Shown piece by piece: positions 17,757-27,890 of a stretch of DNA of 64,000 nucleotides. This DNA is from Bacteriovoracia bacterium. GTDB lineage: Bacteria; Bdellovibrionota; UBA1018; CAIPTA01. How positions within the stretch are numbered: the stretch's first letter is position 1; every line of letters starts with the position of its first letter. The DNA is taken from positions 1-64,000 of the forward strand of contig JBFWVL010000008.1 of NCBI GenBank assembly GCA_050246755.1, given 5' to 3'. The position numbers and the translations under genes were made by a program. The notes beneath the pieces are model-generated. The model worked only from the letters and a program-made list of their open reading frames with translations, was not told where the DNA came from and searched no databases.

Positions 17757-19375
17757 TGTCTAAAATAACCAAGAGAACGCAATTCGACCTGAATACGCAG
17801 AACAAGCTGTCCATTTTCAGCTTTGCCCGCCTGGTTCTGATGTCGATAGTTCTCTTCACCACGATTTTCCTGCGTCAGGAAGTATTGGGCGAAGCCGCCA
17901 TCGTGCAGATCTACGCCACGCTGGCACTCTCCTTCCTCCTCTCCTTCGTTACGATTCTTTATTGGGAAGAAACGCTCAAGATCCGCTACTTCATGGCCTC
18001 GCAGCTCCTCTACGATCTCCTGCTCACCAGCTACCTCGTGTACCTCACGGGCGTGAATGACTCGATCTTTCTCTTCCTTTATTTGCTCAACATCGTGTTC
18101 GCGTCCGTAGCCTACCAGCTCAACGGCGCCCTCCTCGTAGCTGGGCTTTCCGGGGCGGTATACGCGTTTATTTACTCGGCAAATACCGATATCGAAAACG
18201 CCACCGTTCTCTATAACTTGGCCTATAATGAATTACTCTTCCTGCTCACCGCGCTTTTGTGCGGACAGCTCATGGACGAACTGAAACGGCAAAAATCCAT
18301 GCTCGAGTTTCAACGCGTGAATATTGCGCGCCTCGAACTACTCAACGATCGCCTCCTCAATTCCATTCCCGTGGGCATCGTGCTCGTAGACCAGAACGAA
18401 TACGTACTCAATATCAACCATACCGCCCTGAACCTGCTGAAGCTGGATCACGCGCCCTCGCTGCGGATGAAATATTTCGAGCTCCTGCCGGATTTGAAGA
18501 ACGTGCTGGCGGCCTGGGAGAAAATGAGCGAAACGCAGCGCCTTCGCTTCACCTTCAGCGGTGTGGGCGAAAAAAAGCCCCGTTTTTCTCTTCAGGTGGT
18601 GCGCCTCAAGGCCCTCGATTCCTCTCCGGCCGCCGCCGAAGACGTACAGCATATCCTGGCCTTCGAAGACGTTTCAAAAATGCTCGAACTAGAAAAGAAA
18701 TTAGAGTTTGAATCCAAACTCGCCGCCACCGGGCAGTTGGCCGCGGGCATTGCCCACGAAATTCGCAATCCATTGGCTTCGATTTCTGGATCGATCGAAA
18801 TGCTCGCCAGCCACCTCGAGCTGCAGGACGAGCAAGATAAAAAGCTCATGGCGATTTCTTTGCGGGAAACTCGCCGCTTGAACACCCTGATCACCGATTT
18901 CCTGGAATTCGCCAAGCCACGCGACGATCACGCCGGCGATTTCAACCTCAAAGAAATCGTCTCGGAAGTGGCCGAGGCACTTCAGAGCCAGTCGAAGATG
19001 GCTTCGCACGTGGAAAATAAAGTGCCACCCGCAATTTCTATTTTTGCCAACCGCGAACGCATAAAGCAGGTGCTCTTCAATTTATTCCTCAACTCCATGG
19101 ACGCCGCCGAAAAGCCTCCCGTTGAAATTTCGGTCGAAGCTTATCCTCAAGACGGGGTATTCGTGGTGGACATCAAGGACAACGGTCCCGGCATCGCCCC
19201 GGAAAACATGGGCCGGATATTTGATCCCTTTTTTACCACGAAAGCGAATGGTACCGGGCTCGGCCTAGCCACCGTGGCGCAGATTATCAAGGCCGCCAAG
19301 GGTGAGGTTCGCGTTTTGCCCGCGGCTAGCGGAGCACATTTCCGCTTACAGCTGCCCGCCGCCGAGAAAGCGTAA
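17756..19375 (+). CDS. pilS: Sensor histidine kinase PilS
   Basis: Multi-TM N-terminus, PAS-like region, AHEIRNPL, PFFTTK, GTGLGL; position after pilC. Confidence 0.85.
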   Translation: MSKITKRTQFDLNTQNKLSIFSFARLVLMSIVLFTTIFLRQEVLGEAAIVQIYATLALSFLLSFVTILYWEETLKIRYFMASQLLYDLLLTSYLVYLTGVNDSIFLFLYLLNIVFASVAYQLNGALLVAGLSGAVYAFIYSANTDIENATVLYNLAYNELLFLLTALLCGQLMDELKRQKSMLEFQRVNIARLELLNDRLLNSIPVGIVLVDQNEYVLNINHTALNLLKLDHAPSLRMKYFELLPDLKNVLAAWEKMSETQRLRFTFSGVGEKKPRFSLQVVRLKALDSSPAAAEDVQHILAFEDVSKMLELEKKLEFESKLAATGQLAAGIAHEIRNPLASISGSIEMLASHLELQDEQDKKLMAISLRETRRLNTLITDFLEFAKPRDDHAGDFNLKEIVSEVAEALQSQSKMASHVENKVPPAISIFANRERIKQVLFNLFLNSMDAAEKPPVEISVEAYPQDGVFVVDIKDNGPGIAPENMGRIFDPFFTTKANGTGLGLATVAQIIKAAKGEVRVLPAASGAHFRLQLPAAEKA

Positions 19376-19384
19376 GGAGAGTAC

Positions 19385-20827
19385 GTGGATAATAAGTCGG
19401 AAGCGAAAAATATTCTGGTGGTAGACGACGAAGCCTCGATCCGAGAATTTCTCGAGATCATGCTCAAGCGGGAAGGCTATAAGGTAGATGTAGTGGGATC
19501 GGCAAAAGAAGCCTTGGCCGCCATTGAGAAAAAGCGTTATTCCGCGATCGTGACCGATATTTCCATGCCCGAAATGAACGGGATCGAATTGCTCACCAAG
19601 GTGAAGCAGGTCCAACACGAGCTGGCGGTGGTGATTATGACCGCGCATGGCTCCGCCGAAAGCGCGGTGGAAGCCATGAAGCTCGGCGCCGACGATTACT
19701 TAACCAAGCCCTTTCAAATCGAGGAAATGAAAATTGCCCTCCGTGGTGCCCTCAAGGCGAAAGCGCTGGAAAGAGAAAACCGTCAGCTCCGTTCCGAACT
19801 CGGAAAGGCCTTCTCGGTCGAAAATATCGTGGGCAACGCGCCGGTGATGCAGGCCGTTTTCGATTTGATCAAACGGGTATCGAGCACCAAAACCAATATC
19901 ATGATCCTCGGTGAAAGCGGCACCGGTAAAGAGCTGGTGGCCCACGCCATTCACCGCAGCGGCGCCGATCAATCCGCACCCTTCGTGGTTATCAATTGCG
20001 CCGCCATTCCCGAAACTCTTTTCGAAAGCGAGCTTTTTGGTCACCGCAAAGGCTCCTATACGGGGGCCATCAGCGACAAGCAGGGTTTGTTTGAGCTAGC
20101 CCATGGCGGAACTCTTTTTCTCGACGAGGTGGGAGACATTCCGCTTTCCGTACAGGTAAAAATTCTCCGCGCCATCCAGCAGAAAAACTTCCGCGCAGTG
20201 GGCGGCACCGAAGACGTCCAGGTAGACGTGCGCATTATCTGTGCCACCAACAAAGATCTCGAGCAGGCCGTGGCCAACGGGCAGTTCCGCGAAGACCTTT
20301 TTTACCGCCTAAACGTAATTCAGATCCGCATGCCGGCACTCCGCGAGCGAAAAGAAGATATTCCGGTGCTCGCCGAACACTTTTTGCGCAAGTTCAATTT
20401 GGCCATGGGTAAAACCATAAAGGGCATCAGCAAGGAAGCCATGCGCATGTTAATGTCGTACAGCTTTCCCGGCAACGTGCGCGAGCTCGAAAATATTATC
20501 GAACGCGCCCTGGCCCTGGAAACCCAAACGGTGATTTTACCCGAGAGCCTCCCCCAAAAGCTTTTCATGGTAGGCACCGCGGCGCCTGTATCTCTTCCGG
20601 CGGCCGGCCCCGCTCTCGCCGCCACGTTGGCCACACCGGCGGCCGCGTCCTTTGATTTGGAGAAAGGCGTGGAAGACTTCGAGCGCGCTCATATTTTACA
20701 GGCCCTAGAAAAAGCCCAGGGCGTAAAAAAACGCGCGGCCACCCTGCTCGGGATCAGCTTCCGCAGCCTTCGCTACCGCATCGAAAAATACGGAATCAGC
20801 GACCCCAACCCGGAAGAAAACGAGTGA
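19385..20827 (+). CDS. pilR: sigma54-dependent response regulator PilR
   Basis: REC, GESGTGKE, GSYTGA loop, PGNVREL, Fis-type HTH LLGISFRSLRYR. Confidence 0.87.
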   Translation: MDNKSEAKNILVVDDEASIREFLEIMLKREGYKVDVVGSAKEALAAIEKKRYSAIVTDISMPEMNGIELLTKVKQVQHELAVVIMTAHGSAESAVEAMKLGADDYLTKPFQIEEMKIALRGALKAKALERENRQLRSELGKAFSVENIVGNAPVMQAVFDLIKRVSSTKTNIMILGESGTGKELVAHAIHRSGADQSAPFVVINCAAIPETLFESELFGHRKGSYTGAISDKQGLFELAHGGTLFLDEVGDIPLSVQVKILRAIQQKNFRAVGGTEDVQVDVRIICATNKDLEQAVANGQFREDLFYRLNVIQIRMPALRERKEDIPVLAEHFLRKFNLAMGKTIKGISKEAMRMLMSYSFPGNVRELENIIERALALETQTVILPESLPQKLFMVGTAAPVSLPAAGPALAATLATPAAASFDLEKGVEDFERAHILQALEKAQGVKKRAATLLGISFRSLRYRIEKYGISDPNPEENE

Positions 20828-21609
20828 ACCAAACCCTTCATCTCGCCTTGATACCATTTATATTTTGCGCCGGCCTCTGCGTGGGCAGCTTTCTCAACGT
20901 AGTGATCCACCGCCTCCCCCTGGGAGAAAGCGTGATCACTCCGCGTAGCCGATGCCCACACTGCCGGACCGCGATCACCTGGTACCAAAATATCCCGCTT
21001 TTTAGCTTTCTTTTCCTGCGCGGAAAATGCGCGAGCTGCCACGCGAAAATTTCGTGGCGTTACCCATTTGTGGAGCTTCTCACTGCGCTTCTTTTCACCG
21101 CCGCGGCCGGCACTAATCCCACGTGGTACGAATGGCCGTGGCAATTTTATTTTCTCGGCGCGCTCGTGGCCTGCACCTTCATCGATCTCGACCATTGGAT
21201 TTTGCCGGATAAAATCACTTTGCCGGGCATCGTGATCGGCTTGGCCGGCGCTGCGCTGATTCCGTCCGTGTCCTTTCTTAACAGCACAATCGGATTTCTC
21301 TTCGGGGGCGGGCTGCTTTACCTCGTGGCGTGGGCCTACCAGCTGGCTACCAAGAAAGACGGCTTGGGCGGCGGCGACATTAAATTCCTCGCCATGGTGG
21401 GCGCCTTCCTCGGCCTCGAAGGCGCCGTGATGACCATCGTTATCGCCTCCATGGTGGGATCCGTGCTCGGAATATTCCTGATGCTCATAAAGGGCCGTAA
21501 AGGCAGCTCGGCTATTCCTTTTGGCCCGTTCTTATCCGCCGGCGCCGCGGTGGCATTTTTCTTTGGTCCCGCCCTCTGGCAATGGTATTTTCATCTACAT
21601 AGCTCATGA
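20824..21609 (+). CDS. pilD: Prepilin peptidase PilD
   Basis: GSFLNVVIHRLP, two CxxC pairs, IDL, GGGDIK, PFGPFL. Confidence 0.95.
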   Translation: MNQTLHLALIPFIFCAGLCVGSFLNVVIHRLPLGESVITPRSRCPHCRTAITWYQNIPLFSFLFLRGKCASCHAKISWRYPFVELLTALLFTAAAGTNPTWYEWPWQFYFLGALVACTFIDLDHWILPDKITLPGIVIGLAGAALIPSVSFLNSTIGFLFGGGLLYLVAWAYQLATKKDGLGGGDIKFLAMVGAFLGLEGAVMTIVIASMVGSVLGIFLMLIKGRKGSSAIPFGPFLSAGAAVAFFFGPALWQWYFHLHSS

Positions 21610-22184
21610 GAATTTTTCGCCCACGCACGATTTTTCACGTCGAAGACAGTCTCCCCGATCCCGAGGAGCTTAAGCTGCGTTTTCGGCGCCGCATCCTCCT
21701 CCTCACTTTTTTGGGATTTCTCATCGTGCTCGGCATTCCGGTATTTCGCGATCTAAAGGGAAATCTGGAGGCTCGCTCCGAAGCCCGTAAATTTGCCGAG
21801 TGGCTCATGGAGACTCGTACCCAAGCGGCGGTTGGCCGTTTGCCGATTTCCGTAGACTACGATTCCGCCACGCATACTTGGAGCCGCATTCATCATGCGC
21901 CCGCAGACAACTGCGCTTTGGAAGCCATGGGGCCACCCGAGCAAAAAATTTCCGGAGCCGTAACCTGGAAGCTGCAAATACAGCAGGAATCTGGCGAAAC
22001 CCTCCCGGCCAAACATATCTGCATGCATCCGCTTCTCGGCCTCATCCTCGACGGCCAGCCCATGAAAGAGGGGAAACTCTTGATTACCGCCTCTCCAGAA
22101 CTCGAAGCAGGTGAGCTGGAGAGCAAACCCGCTTATTTATTAGTAACCTCTGCCGGTGCGGATCTTCAGGTGTTAAGTCGTTAG
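21606..22184 (+). CDS. FimT/GspH-like pilin-fold protein without a prepilin cleavage motif
   Basis: TM followed by IP.F...SEA..F...L...R..A helix and two Cys; ATGA-coupled to pilD. Confidence 0.5.
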   Translation: MRIFRPRTIFHVEDSLPDPEELKLRFRRRILLLTFLGFLIVLGIPVFRDLKGNLEARSEARKFAEWLMETRTQAAVGRLPISVDYDSATHTWSRIHHAPADNCALEAMGPPEQKISGAVTWKLQIQQESGETLPAKHICMHPLLGLILDGQPMKEGKLLITASPELEAGELESKPAYLLVTSAGADLQVLSR

Positions 22185-22186
22185 AC

Positions 22187-22331
22187 CTGGACTACTTGAT
22201 TGTTGTTAGAAGCCGCTAATCCTACACAGTCATTCGACAATTTTTAAAATGGTTCGTATTTTCTACTAGGTAGAGGTATGTCCGCGAGATCACGTGGGCA
22301 TCGCCAAAAAAACAACAATCAAGTAGACCAG
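22187..22331. mobile_element. MITE-like element, copy 1 (145 bp, ~21-bp terminal inverted repeats)
   Basis: CTGGACTACTTGATTGTTGTT...AACAACAATCAAGTAGACCAG; homologous copy at 51600-51746. Confidence 0.75.
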
Positions 22332-22335
22332 TTAG

Positions 22336-22362
22336 TAAGTGACTAATATTACTAGCCGATAG
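22336..22362 (+). promoter_or_regulatory. sigma28-like promoter
   Basis: TAAG-N15-GCCGATAG. Confidence 0.5.
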
Positions 22363-22416
22363 CTCATTTCCGATCATTTATCTCAACATTATCCGAATAC
22401 CTGCCGAGAGGTATTC

Positions 22417-22899
22417 ATGGTTGGCAAAGCGCGTCTATTTCTCCTACTTTTCTTCGTGCCGCTCCTCGTGCATGCCGAAGATGACTGCTACCGCGACTTC
22501 CTCGTGGTGGACAAGACCGTGCTCTGGGATTTCGATAAATCGCCGAAAACGAATATTGCGCTTCCCTCGTGGAATGGCAGCTCGCCCCCCTTCTATACCA
22601 AAGCGACGGGCCATTTTTCTTTGCAGGACGGAAACCTACGAGCCCTGTTCGACTTTAATTCCGATCTCCTCAGCCTTCCTTACAATGTGTACCGGCTGGA
22701 TCTGATTGTGGGCGGAGAAGAGGACGGCGATCGTTTCGTGAGTTCCCGCGATTTCACCAACGGCTGCACCCGGTCGGGATTGTCCTTCTATCCCCGCTCG
22801 GTGGTGGAGCTTCCCGCGGTGAAAGTTCCCGATTCCGCCACGGGAGAAAACCGGGGACTCCGGCGCGTGCGGATCCGTATCTGGGGCGTTCTCCGCTAG
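22417..22899 (+). CDS. Secreted hypothetical protein
   Basis: Signal peptide ..LLVHA-E; RBS GAGG. Confidence 0.7.
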   Translation: MVGKARLFLLLFFVPLLVHAEDDCYRDFLVVDKTVLWDFDKSPKTNIALPSWNGSSPPFYTKATGHFSLQDGNLRALFDFNSDLLSLPYNVYRLDLIVGGEEDGDRFVSSRDFTNGCTRSGLSFYPRSVVELPAVKVPDSATGENRGLRRVRIRIWGVLR

Positions 22900-22933
22900 T
22901 GCTCACCGCATTTTTCTGTGCTACTCCTTGGGC

Positions 22934-23665
22934 ATGGAACAAAAACCGCATACCGTCGAAATCTTTACGGAAGTAGCCCCTAAATACGAATTCCTCAATG
23001 CCGTTATGACCGGCGGAATGGATCGCAGCTGGAGAAAGTCCATGCTCACCATCGCCGAGTCCGCGCTCGGCCATAAGCCGCAAACGGCCCTCGACCTCGC
23101 TACCGGCACCGGCGACGTGGCCCGTATGATGGCGCAGCGTTGGCCGACCGCCAAAGTAATTGGCACCGATCCCACGCCCGCTATGCTCCAAGTAGCGCGC
23201 GAAAAAAGTACCGCCACGAAACTTCCCCCTGCCCTTAAGAAGATTGAATGGCGCGAAGGCGTAGCTGAAAGAATCGAGGCCGAACCCGAAAGCCTCGATG
23301 TGCTCACGATCGCTTTCGGTTTCCGCAACGTGGCCGACGGCCTCCGTCAACGTGCAGCCGAAGAGGCTTTTCGCGTGCTGAAGCCCGGAGGCGTATTCGC
23401 CATCCTTGAGCTCGGCCTTCCCCGCGCCAAGATTTGGCGCGCGATCTATAAGGTTTTGCTTCGCTACGGAATGCCGCGATTCGCCGGCCTCTTCGCTCCC
23501 AAAGATCCTTACGAATACCTGGCGCAGTCGGTAATCGATTTCCCTCCGCCCGAAAACGTAAAGAGAATGCTCGCGAAAGCCGGCTTCCTTGCCTTCGCTC
23601 CCCGCCCCCTTACCTCGGGTATGACGTGGCTCTACGTGGGCAAGAAGCCAAATCTAGAAAATTAA
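22934..23665 (+). CDS. ubiE: UbiE/MenG family quinone C-methyltransferase
   Basis: F..VAPKYE.LN..M.GG.D..WR, LDLATGTGD, AFGFRNV, Y.YL..S...FP. Confidence 0.85.
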   Translation: MEQKPHTVEIFTEVAPKYEFLNAVMTGGMDRSWRKSMLTIAESALGHKPQTALDLATGTGDVARMMAQRWPTAKVIGTDPTPAMLQVAREKSTATKLPPALKKIEWREGVAERIEAEPESLDVLTIAFGFRNVADGLRQRAAEEAFRVLKPGGVFAILELGLPRAKIWRAIYKVLLRYGMPRFAGLFAPKDPYEYLAQSVIDFPPPENVKRMLAKAGFLAFAPRPLTSGMTWLYVGKKPNLEN

Positions 23666-23690
23666 ATCCGGATATTCGGGAACGCTTATT

Positions 23691-24725
23691 CTAGTGCGAT
23701 ACCGGCTGGAGAATCGCGCGGCCCGCACGCTGGGGCCGTAGGTGTTTCTGCGCGATCGCGGCGAAATCTTCCGGCGTGAGCGCCTGCAAAGAATCGGAAC
23801 GTGCTTCCATCGGGCGGGGGTGCGTCTCTAGCATTACCCCCGCAAAACCCATCGCGAGCGCGCCGGCTGTGCAGGCATCTAAAATTTGTTTAATGCCGGT
23901 GGCGTGAGAAGGATCCACCACGATCGGCAGTGAGTACCGCTGCTGCATAAAAGCGGCTCCGGCAAGGTCCATCGTGTAGCGCAGCTCGCGCTCGAGGCCA
24001 CGCACTCCGCGCTCACAGAGAATCACATTGCGGTTACCGGCCGAGAGGAGGTACTCCGCGGCGAGCGCCCACTCTTTCAGCGTGGCGCCGGGGCCACGCT
24101 TGAGCAAAATCGCGCGGCCCGAGCGCCCGAGTTTTTTCAGCAGAGAAAAATTCTGCATATTGCGGGCGCCTACCTGAATGATGTCGATATGCTCGGCGGC
24201 TTCGTCCACATCTTCTTCACTCATCGCTTCCGAAACGGCGGCCATGCCGAATGCGTGCGCCGCTTCAGCGAGGAGAGCGTAGCCACGGCGGCCTACTCCC
24301 TGAAACTCGTGGGGGGAAGTACGGGGTTTTACGGCACCGCCGCGCAGGGCCTGCACGCCAAGGCTCGAAAGGCGGCGCGCATTTTCCATGAGATCGTTGC
24401 TTTCATCGAGCGAGCAAGGACCAGCGATCCAGATCGCCTGCTTCGGGTGATTGCGGAATCGCAACGGCTCCGCCGCTCCCTGCACGCGCACGATTACTTC
24501 GTGGTCTACCGGCAAGGTATCGAGCAGGGGCGTTTTGGTGGGCATCGCCTCCACGCGGCCAAAATCGCTGATGCGCGAAATTAAAATGGAAGGCGGATAA
24601 ATACTGAGCTCGGCGGAGATTTCGAAAACGAGAGATTCGGGGAGAAAATTATGCTCTACGCCAAGCGCGGTAAGGCGCTCTTTAGCGGGCTGAAAATCTT
24701 CTTTGGAGCGAAGGTAAAGTAGCAT
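23691..24725 (-). CDS. aroF: DAHP synthase (class I-beta)
   Basis: IAGPCS, KPRTSP, GARNMQN, LKRG, CERG, DPSH. Confidence 0.9.
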   Translation of the reverse strand: MLLYLRSKEDFQPAKERLTALGVEHNFLPESLVFEISAELSIYPPSILISRISDFGRVEAMPTKTPLLDTLPVDHEVIVRVQGAAEPLRFRNHPKQAIWIAGPCSLDESNDLMENARRLSSLGVQALRGGAVKPRTSPHEFQGVGRRGYALLAEAAHAFGMAAVSEAMSEEDVDEAAEHIDIIQVGARNMQNFSLLKKLGRSGRAILLKRGPGATLKEWALAAEYLLSAGNRNVILCERGVRGLERELRYTMDLAGAAFMQQRYSLPIVVDPSHATGIKQILDACTAGALAMGFAGVMLETHPRPMEARSDSLQALTPEDFAAIAQKHLRPQRAGRAILQPVSH

Positions 24726-24761
24726 CTCTTTTAGCTCTCCGATGCTCGAAATCAGCTGAAG

Positions 24762-25271
24762 TTACGGCTGCTTAACGAGCTCTTTTAGTATTGCGAGGGT
24801 GTCCGTTATAACGCGATTCTCCGCCCGAAAGGTAGCGATTTTCTCGTAATGAACGCGGCGCTTTTCGAGCAGGGCTTCAAAACGCTCGAAGGTATGTAAA
24901 TCGCCGATATCCTTACGTTCCGGGCTATTCTCCAGGCGAGCCCAGAGTTCCTCCGGAGGCACTTCTAGATAGATTTTCTGCCGAGGACTAGCCTCCAGCA
25001 GAGCGCGCGAGGGAGGCCAGTCCACCACGCCGCCGCCGGTAGCGATCACCAAAGGGACGTCGTTCGTCTCCATTTCCCGCAGTAATTTTTCTTCCTCACG
25101 TCGAAAAGCGTCCAACCCGTTAGCGGCCACGAATTCGATTATCTCGGTTCCGCTTTTTTTTTCCCAATATTCATCGAGATCCAAAAAATCGAGCTCGAGC
25201 TCCTTCGCTAGCGCCCGCCCTACCGTAGTCTTGCCGGCGCCGCGAAATCCTATCAGATAAAAAGCTTTCAT
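24762..25271 (-). CDS. aroK: Shikimate kinase
   Basis: LIGFRGAGKTT, DLD, FRREE, ATGGG. Confidence 0.9.
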   Translation of the reverse strand: MKAFYLIGFRGAGKTTVGRALAKELELDFLDLDEYWEKKSGTEIIEFVAANGLDAFRREEEKLLREMETNDVPLVIATGGGVVDWPPSRALLEASPRQKIYLEVPPEELWARLENSPERKDIGDLHTFERFEALLEKRRVHYEKIATFRAENRVITDTLAILKELVKQP

Positions 25272-27850
25272 CCCGGCAAAGCCTCTTCCAGCAAAGCAAG
25301 GGCCTGCCAGAATTGCGGAAAGCTTTTGCGCACGCAATCACGGCGATCGGGGGCCAACTGAGGATAATCGGTGGCAACCAAGCCAAACGCCATCGCGAGG
25401 CGGTGATCTCCCTCGGTACGCAGAAATGTCTCCCGCGCGGGCGGTACGAACTGGGAAAAATCCGCGTAGAAACCGTCGGCCTTTTCTTCCGCGGGAGCAC
25501 CTAGCGCCCGGGCGGCCAATACCAATAATTTTGCCCGGTCGCTCTCCTTCAGGTGCAGCTGCGGACAATCACGGATCAGGAGCGGCTTGCGCAGCAAGGC
25601 GGCCCCCGCCCAAAGTGCGGGCGCAAGATCAGGATGATGCCGCAGGGATACTTCGCCCGTTTCGAGCGCCTGCGCCAGTAGTTCTGGAAAAGCGGCATCG
25701 CCCTGGCGCGAAGACTCTTCGGAGAAAAATGATTTCAACCGCCAGCGCCGGGCGTACACCTCAAGGAGCGCCACGGCCGACGCGTCCCGCTCAATGGCGA
25801 ACTGAAGGCGCGCCTTTGGATTTCCGCGGCGAATTTCCACCACATTCTCCTCAGAAAAAATCTCCAGGCCCGTTTCGCGCAGGAAAGCCAGGGTAAGGTG
25901 GAGGTAGGTTTCAGACCTGCGCTCGCCGGTGAACCTAAGGCGATAGCCGTCCCGGAGCCCGCGAAAAACTTGCGCCGCGCCCGCGATCAAAAATCCGCTC
26001 GCAAACTGGCTGCTCCGCTCGAGCGAGACCGTTTCCGGCAAATGCGTACCACTGGGAATCGTCATCGGCCAATCACCGGAGTTGGGCAGCCCAAGGCCAT
26101 CGTATATTTCGTCCATCGGCCGCGCACGCAGGGAAGGCGCGGCATCGATCCGCAAAGCGCTTTCTCCGAAGAGCGGGCTTAGCGCGGCGAGCATTCTCAG
26201 CCCGGTAGCCCCTTCCCCCATCATGATGGGAGCCGCCGGTGCCGAAAGCTTCGCCGCGGGAAAAATGCGCCAGACATCATTGTTGCGGTCGATGGATCCG
26301 CCGAGGTTTTCGATCGCGGCGGCGAAAAATTCCGTATCGTCGTTTATTCCCGGAGAGCGGATTTCTGTGGGCACGCCGAACGCAAGGGCGATCGCGAGCG
26401 CACGCAGCGTCTCGCTTTTAGAAGAAGGAACGGTACGAAGCACCGCCGCGTGCGCGGCACCTAGGCGATCGGCGCCGAACCAAAAAACGTCTTGGAGCCG
26501 CGCCTGCTCTTTCCACCAAACCGTGCCCGGCACGTAGGAGATCCCGCGCTCCTGAGCCCAGCGCGCGAGTGGCGCTTGTGTTACCGGCCGTGAAAACTGC
26601 GCGTCGATCACGAGGCGAAAATTTGCGTTCGGCCCGAGCGCATCCACGAGCGCCTCTTGGTATTCTCCCGGCCATGTAGAAACAAAAACGTCGCCCTCCG
26701 GCCTCGCGGCGAGCCTTCCCTCGCGGCGTACCCAGAGCTGGGGCTCAAATCCATGTTCCCGCAAACCCTGCGCCACCGCCTGCGCGGCGCCGCCACCGCC
26801 GGCGATCACCACTACGCTGCCTTTTTTAATCGCGTAGCGCGCAAGAATTTCTACCACGGCTGCGCCATCAAAATTTGCCCGGCTCCAGCCCGCCTCGGCG
26901 CGCTTCAGCGTGTTCGTGGGCTCGGGAAACGAAAGCTTATATGGCTTCGTGACGCTCGCGCCTTTTACGCCGGCGGCCGAGAGCCAGTGTTCGACATTAG
27001 CGGCCCATTCGGGGCCGGGCCTATCTAAACTAAAACTATTAATATAGCGATTCCGGGCGCCGCGCTGAAGAAAGGCGCGATTCCAGCGCTCTTCGCCGTA
27101 TTTATTATCGGGATTATCGCCAAGCAATAGATACACATCGGGCCTTTGCTTGGAAGAAAGATACGGCAATACCGCCGCAAAAGGCTCTTGCCCAGGCGCC
27201 GTGGCCCGCCCGCCTTCGGCCGCAAAATAAGTAACATTTCCCGCCAGCCCCGACCACCGCCAGGCGCGGCCCGCTTCTCCCATGGCCACCACGATCCGGA
27301 AGGGAAGATTCTTCAGCTCGGCCGCGATATTGGCCAAGCGCGCCAGATCCGCCGCGCTTTCCACCGGCGCCGCGAGCTTCACTCCAGCCTGATGTTCGCG
27401 GGCGGTGGCGGTAATATTAGGGAGCATCTGCTCAAGTTCGCCGATGGATGCGTGCAGGGAAAAAAAGGCGTGCTTGGCGCGAAATTTTCCGCCGTGCCAA
27501 GCCAGGCTCTCTCCGGTGAGGCTATCTAGCACCAGCCAATCTAAATCCACTCCGTACCAGGGCCGGAAAGCCATCACATCCTGCCACCAGGACTGCCAGG
27601 TAAGGGCATCCCAACCGCAATTGCCGCTAGCCAAGGCTCCGGAGGCCTTTAACCGTTGGGTAAGAATGAGACGCGTCGTCATTTCCACGGGGATGCGCGC
27701 GAGAAAGCCAAAGGCCGCGGCGGGCGTAAGATCTAAAAAATCCAGCCTCAGCTCGCATAGGACACGCGGATGCGAGCTGAGCACGCGCTCCAGCCGCTGC
27801 TCGAGGGCGGCTGGGCTTTGCTCATTTCCGGTGACGCAGACGTATGTCAT
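25268..27850 (-). CDS. aroA: Trifunctional type I dehydroquinase (AroD)-shikimate dehydrogenase (AroE)-EPSP synthase (AroA) fusion, ~860 aa
   Basis: AroD: ELRLD, VDLD, SLH, KLA, AMG..G, TAPGQ; AroE: SVTKPYK, NTL, NFDG, GGGGAA; AroA: SKS, SSQF, KESDR, DHRLAM, KSFP. Confidence 0.8.
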   Translation of the reverse strand: MTYVCVTGNEQSPAALEQRLERVLSSHPRVLCELRLDFLDLTPAAAFGFLARIPVEMTTRLILTQRLKASGALASGNCGWDALTWQSWWQDVMAFRPWYGVDLDWLVLDSLTGESLAWHGGKFRAKHAFFSLHASIGELEQMLPNITATAREHQAGVKLAAPVESAADLARLANIAAELKNLPFRIVVAMGEAGRAWRWSGLAGNVTYFAAEGGRATAPGQEPFAAVLPYLSSKQRPDVYLLLGDNPDNKYGEERWNRAFLQRGARNRYINSFSLDRPGPEWAANVEHWLSAAGVKGASVTKPYKLSFPEPTNTLKRAEAGWSRANFDGAAVVEILARYAIKKGSVVVIAGGGGAAQAVAQGLREHGFEPQLWVRREGRLAARPEGDVFVSTWPGEYQEALVDALGPNANFRLVIDAQFSRPVTQAPLARWAQERGISYVPGTVWWKEQARLQDVFWFGADRLGAAHAAVLRTVPSSKSETLRALAIALAFGVPTEIRSPGINDDTEFFAAAIENLGGSIDRNNDVWRIFPAAKLSAPAAPIMMGEGATGLRMLAALSPLFGESALRIDAAPSLRARPMDEIYDGLGLPNSGDWPMTIPSGTHLPETVSLERSSQFASGFLIAGAAQVFRGLRDGYRLRFTGERRSETYLHLTLAFLRETGLEIFSEENVVEIRRGNPKARLQFAIERDASAVALLEVYARRWRLKSFFSEESSRQGDAAFPELLAQALETGEVSLRHHPDLAPALWAGAALLRKPLLIRDCPQLHLKESDRAKLLVLAARALGAPAEEKADGFYADFSQFVPPARETFLRTEGDHRLAMAFGLVATDYPQLAPDRRDCVRKSFPQFWQALALLEEALPG

Positions 27851-27890
27851 TCTGCGAGAGTTTAGCGTATAAAGTGCGAGGGAGCGAGCC

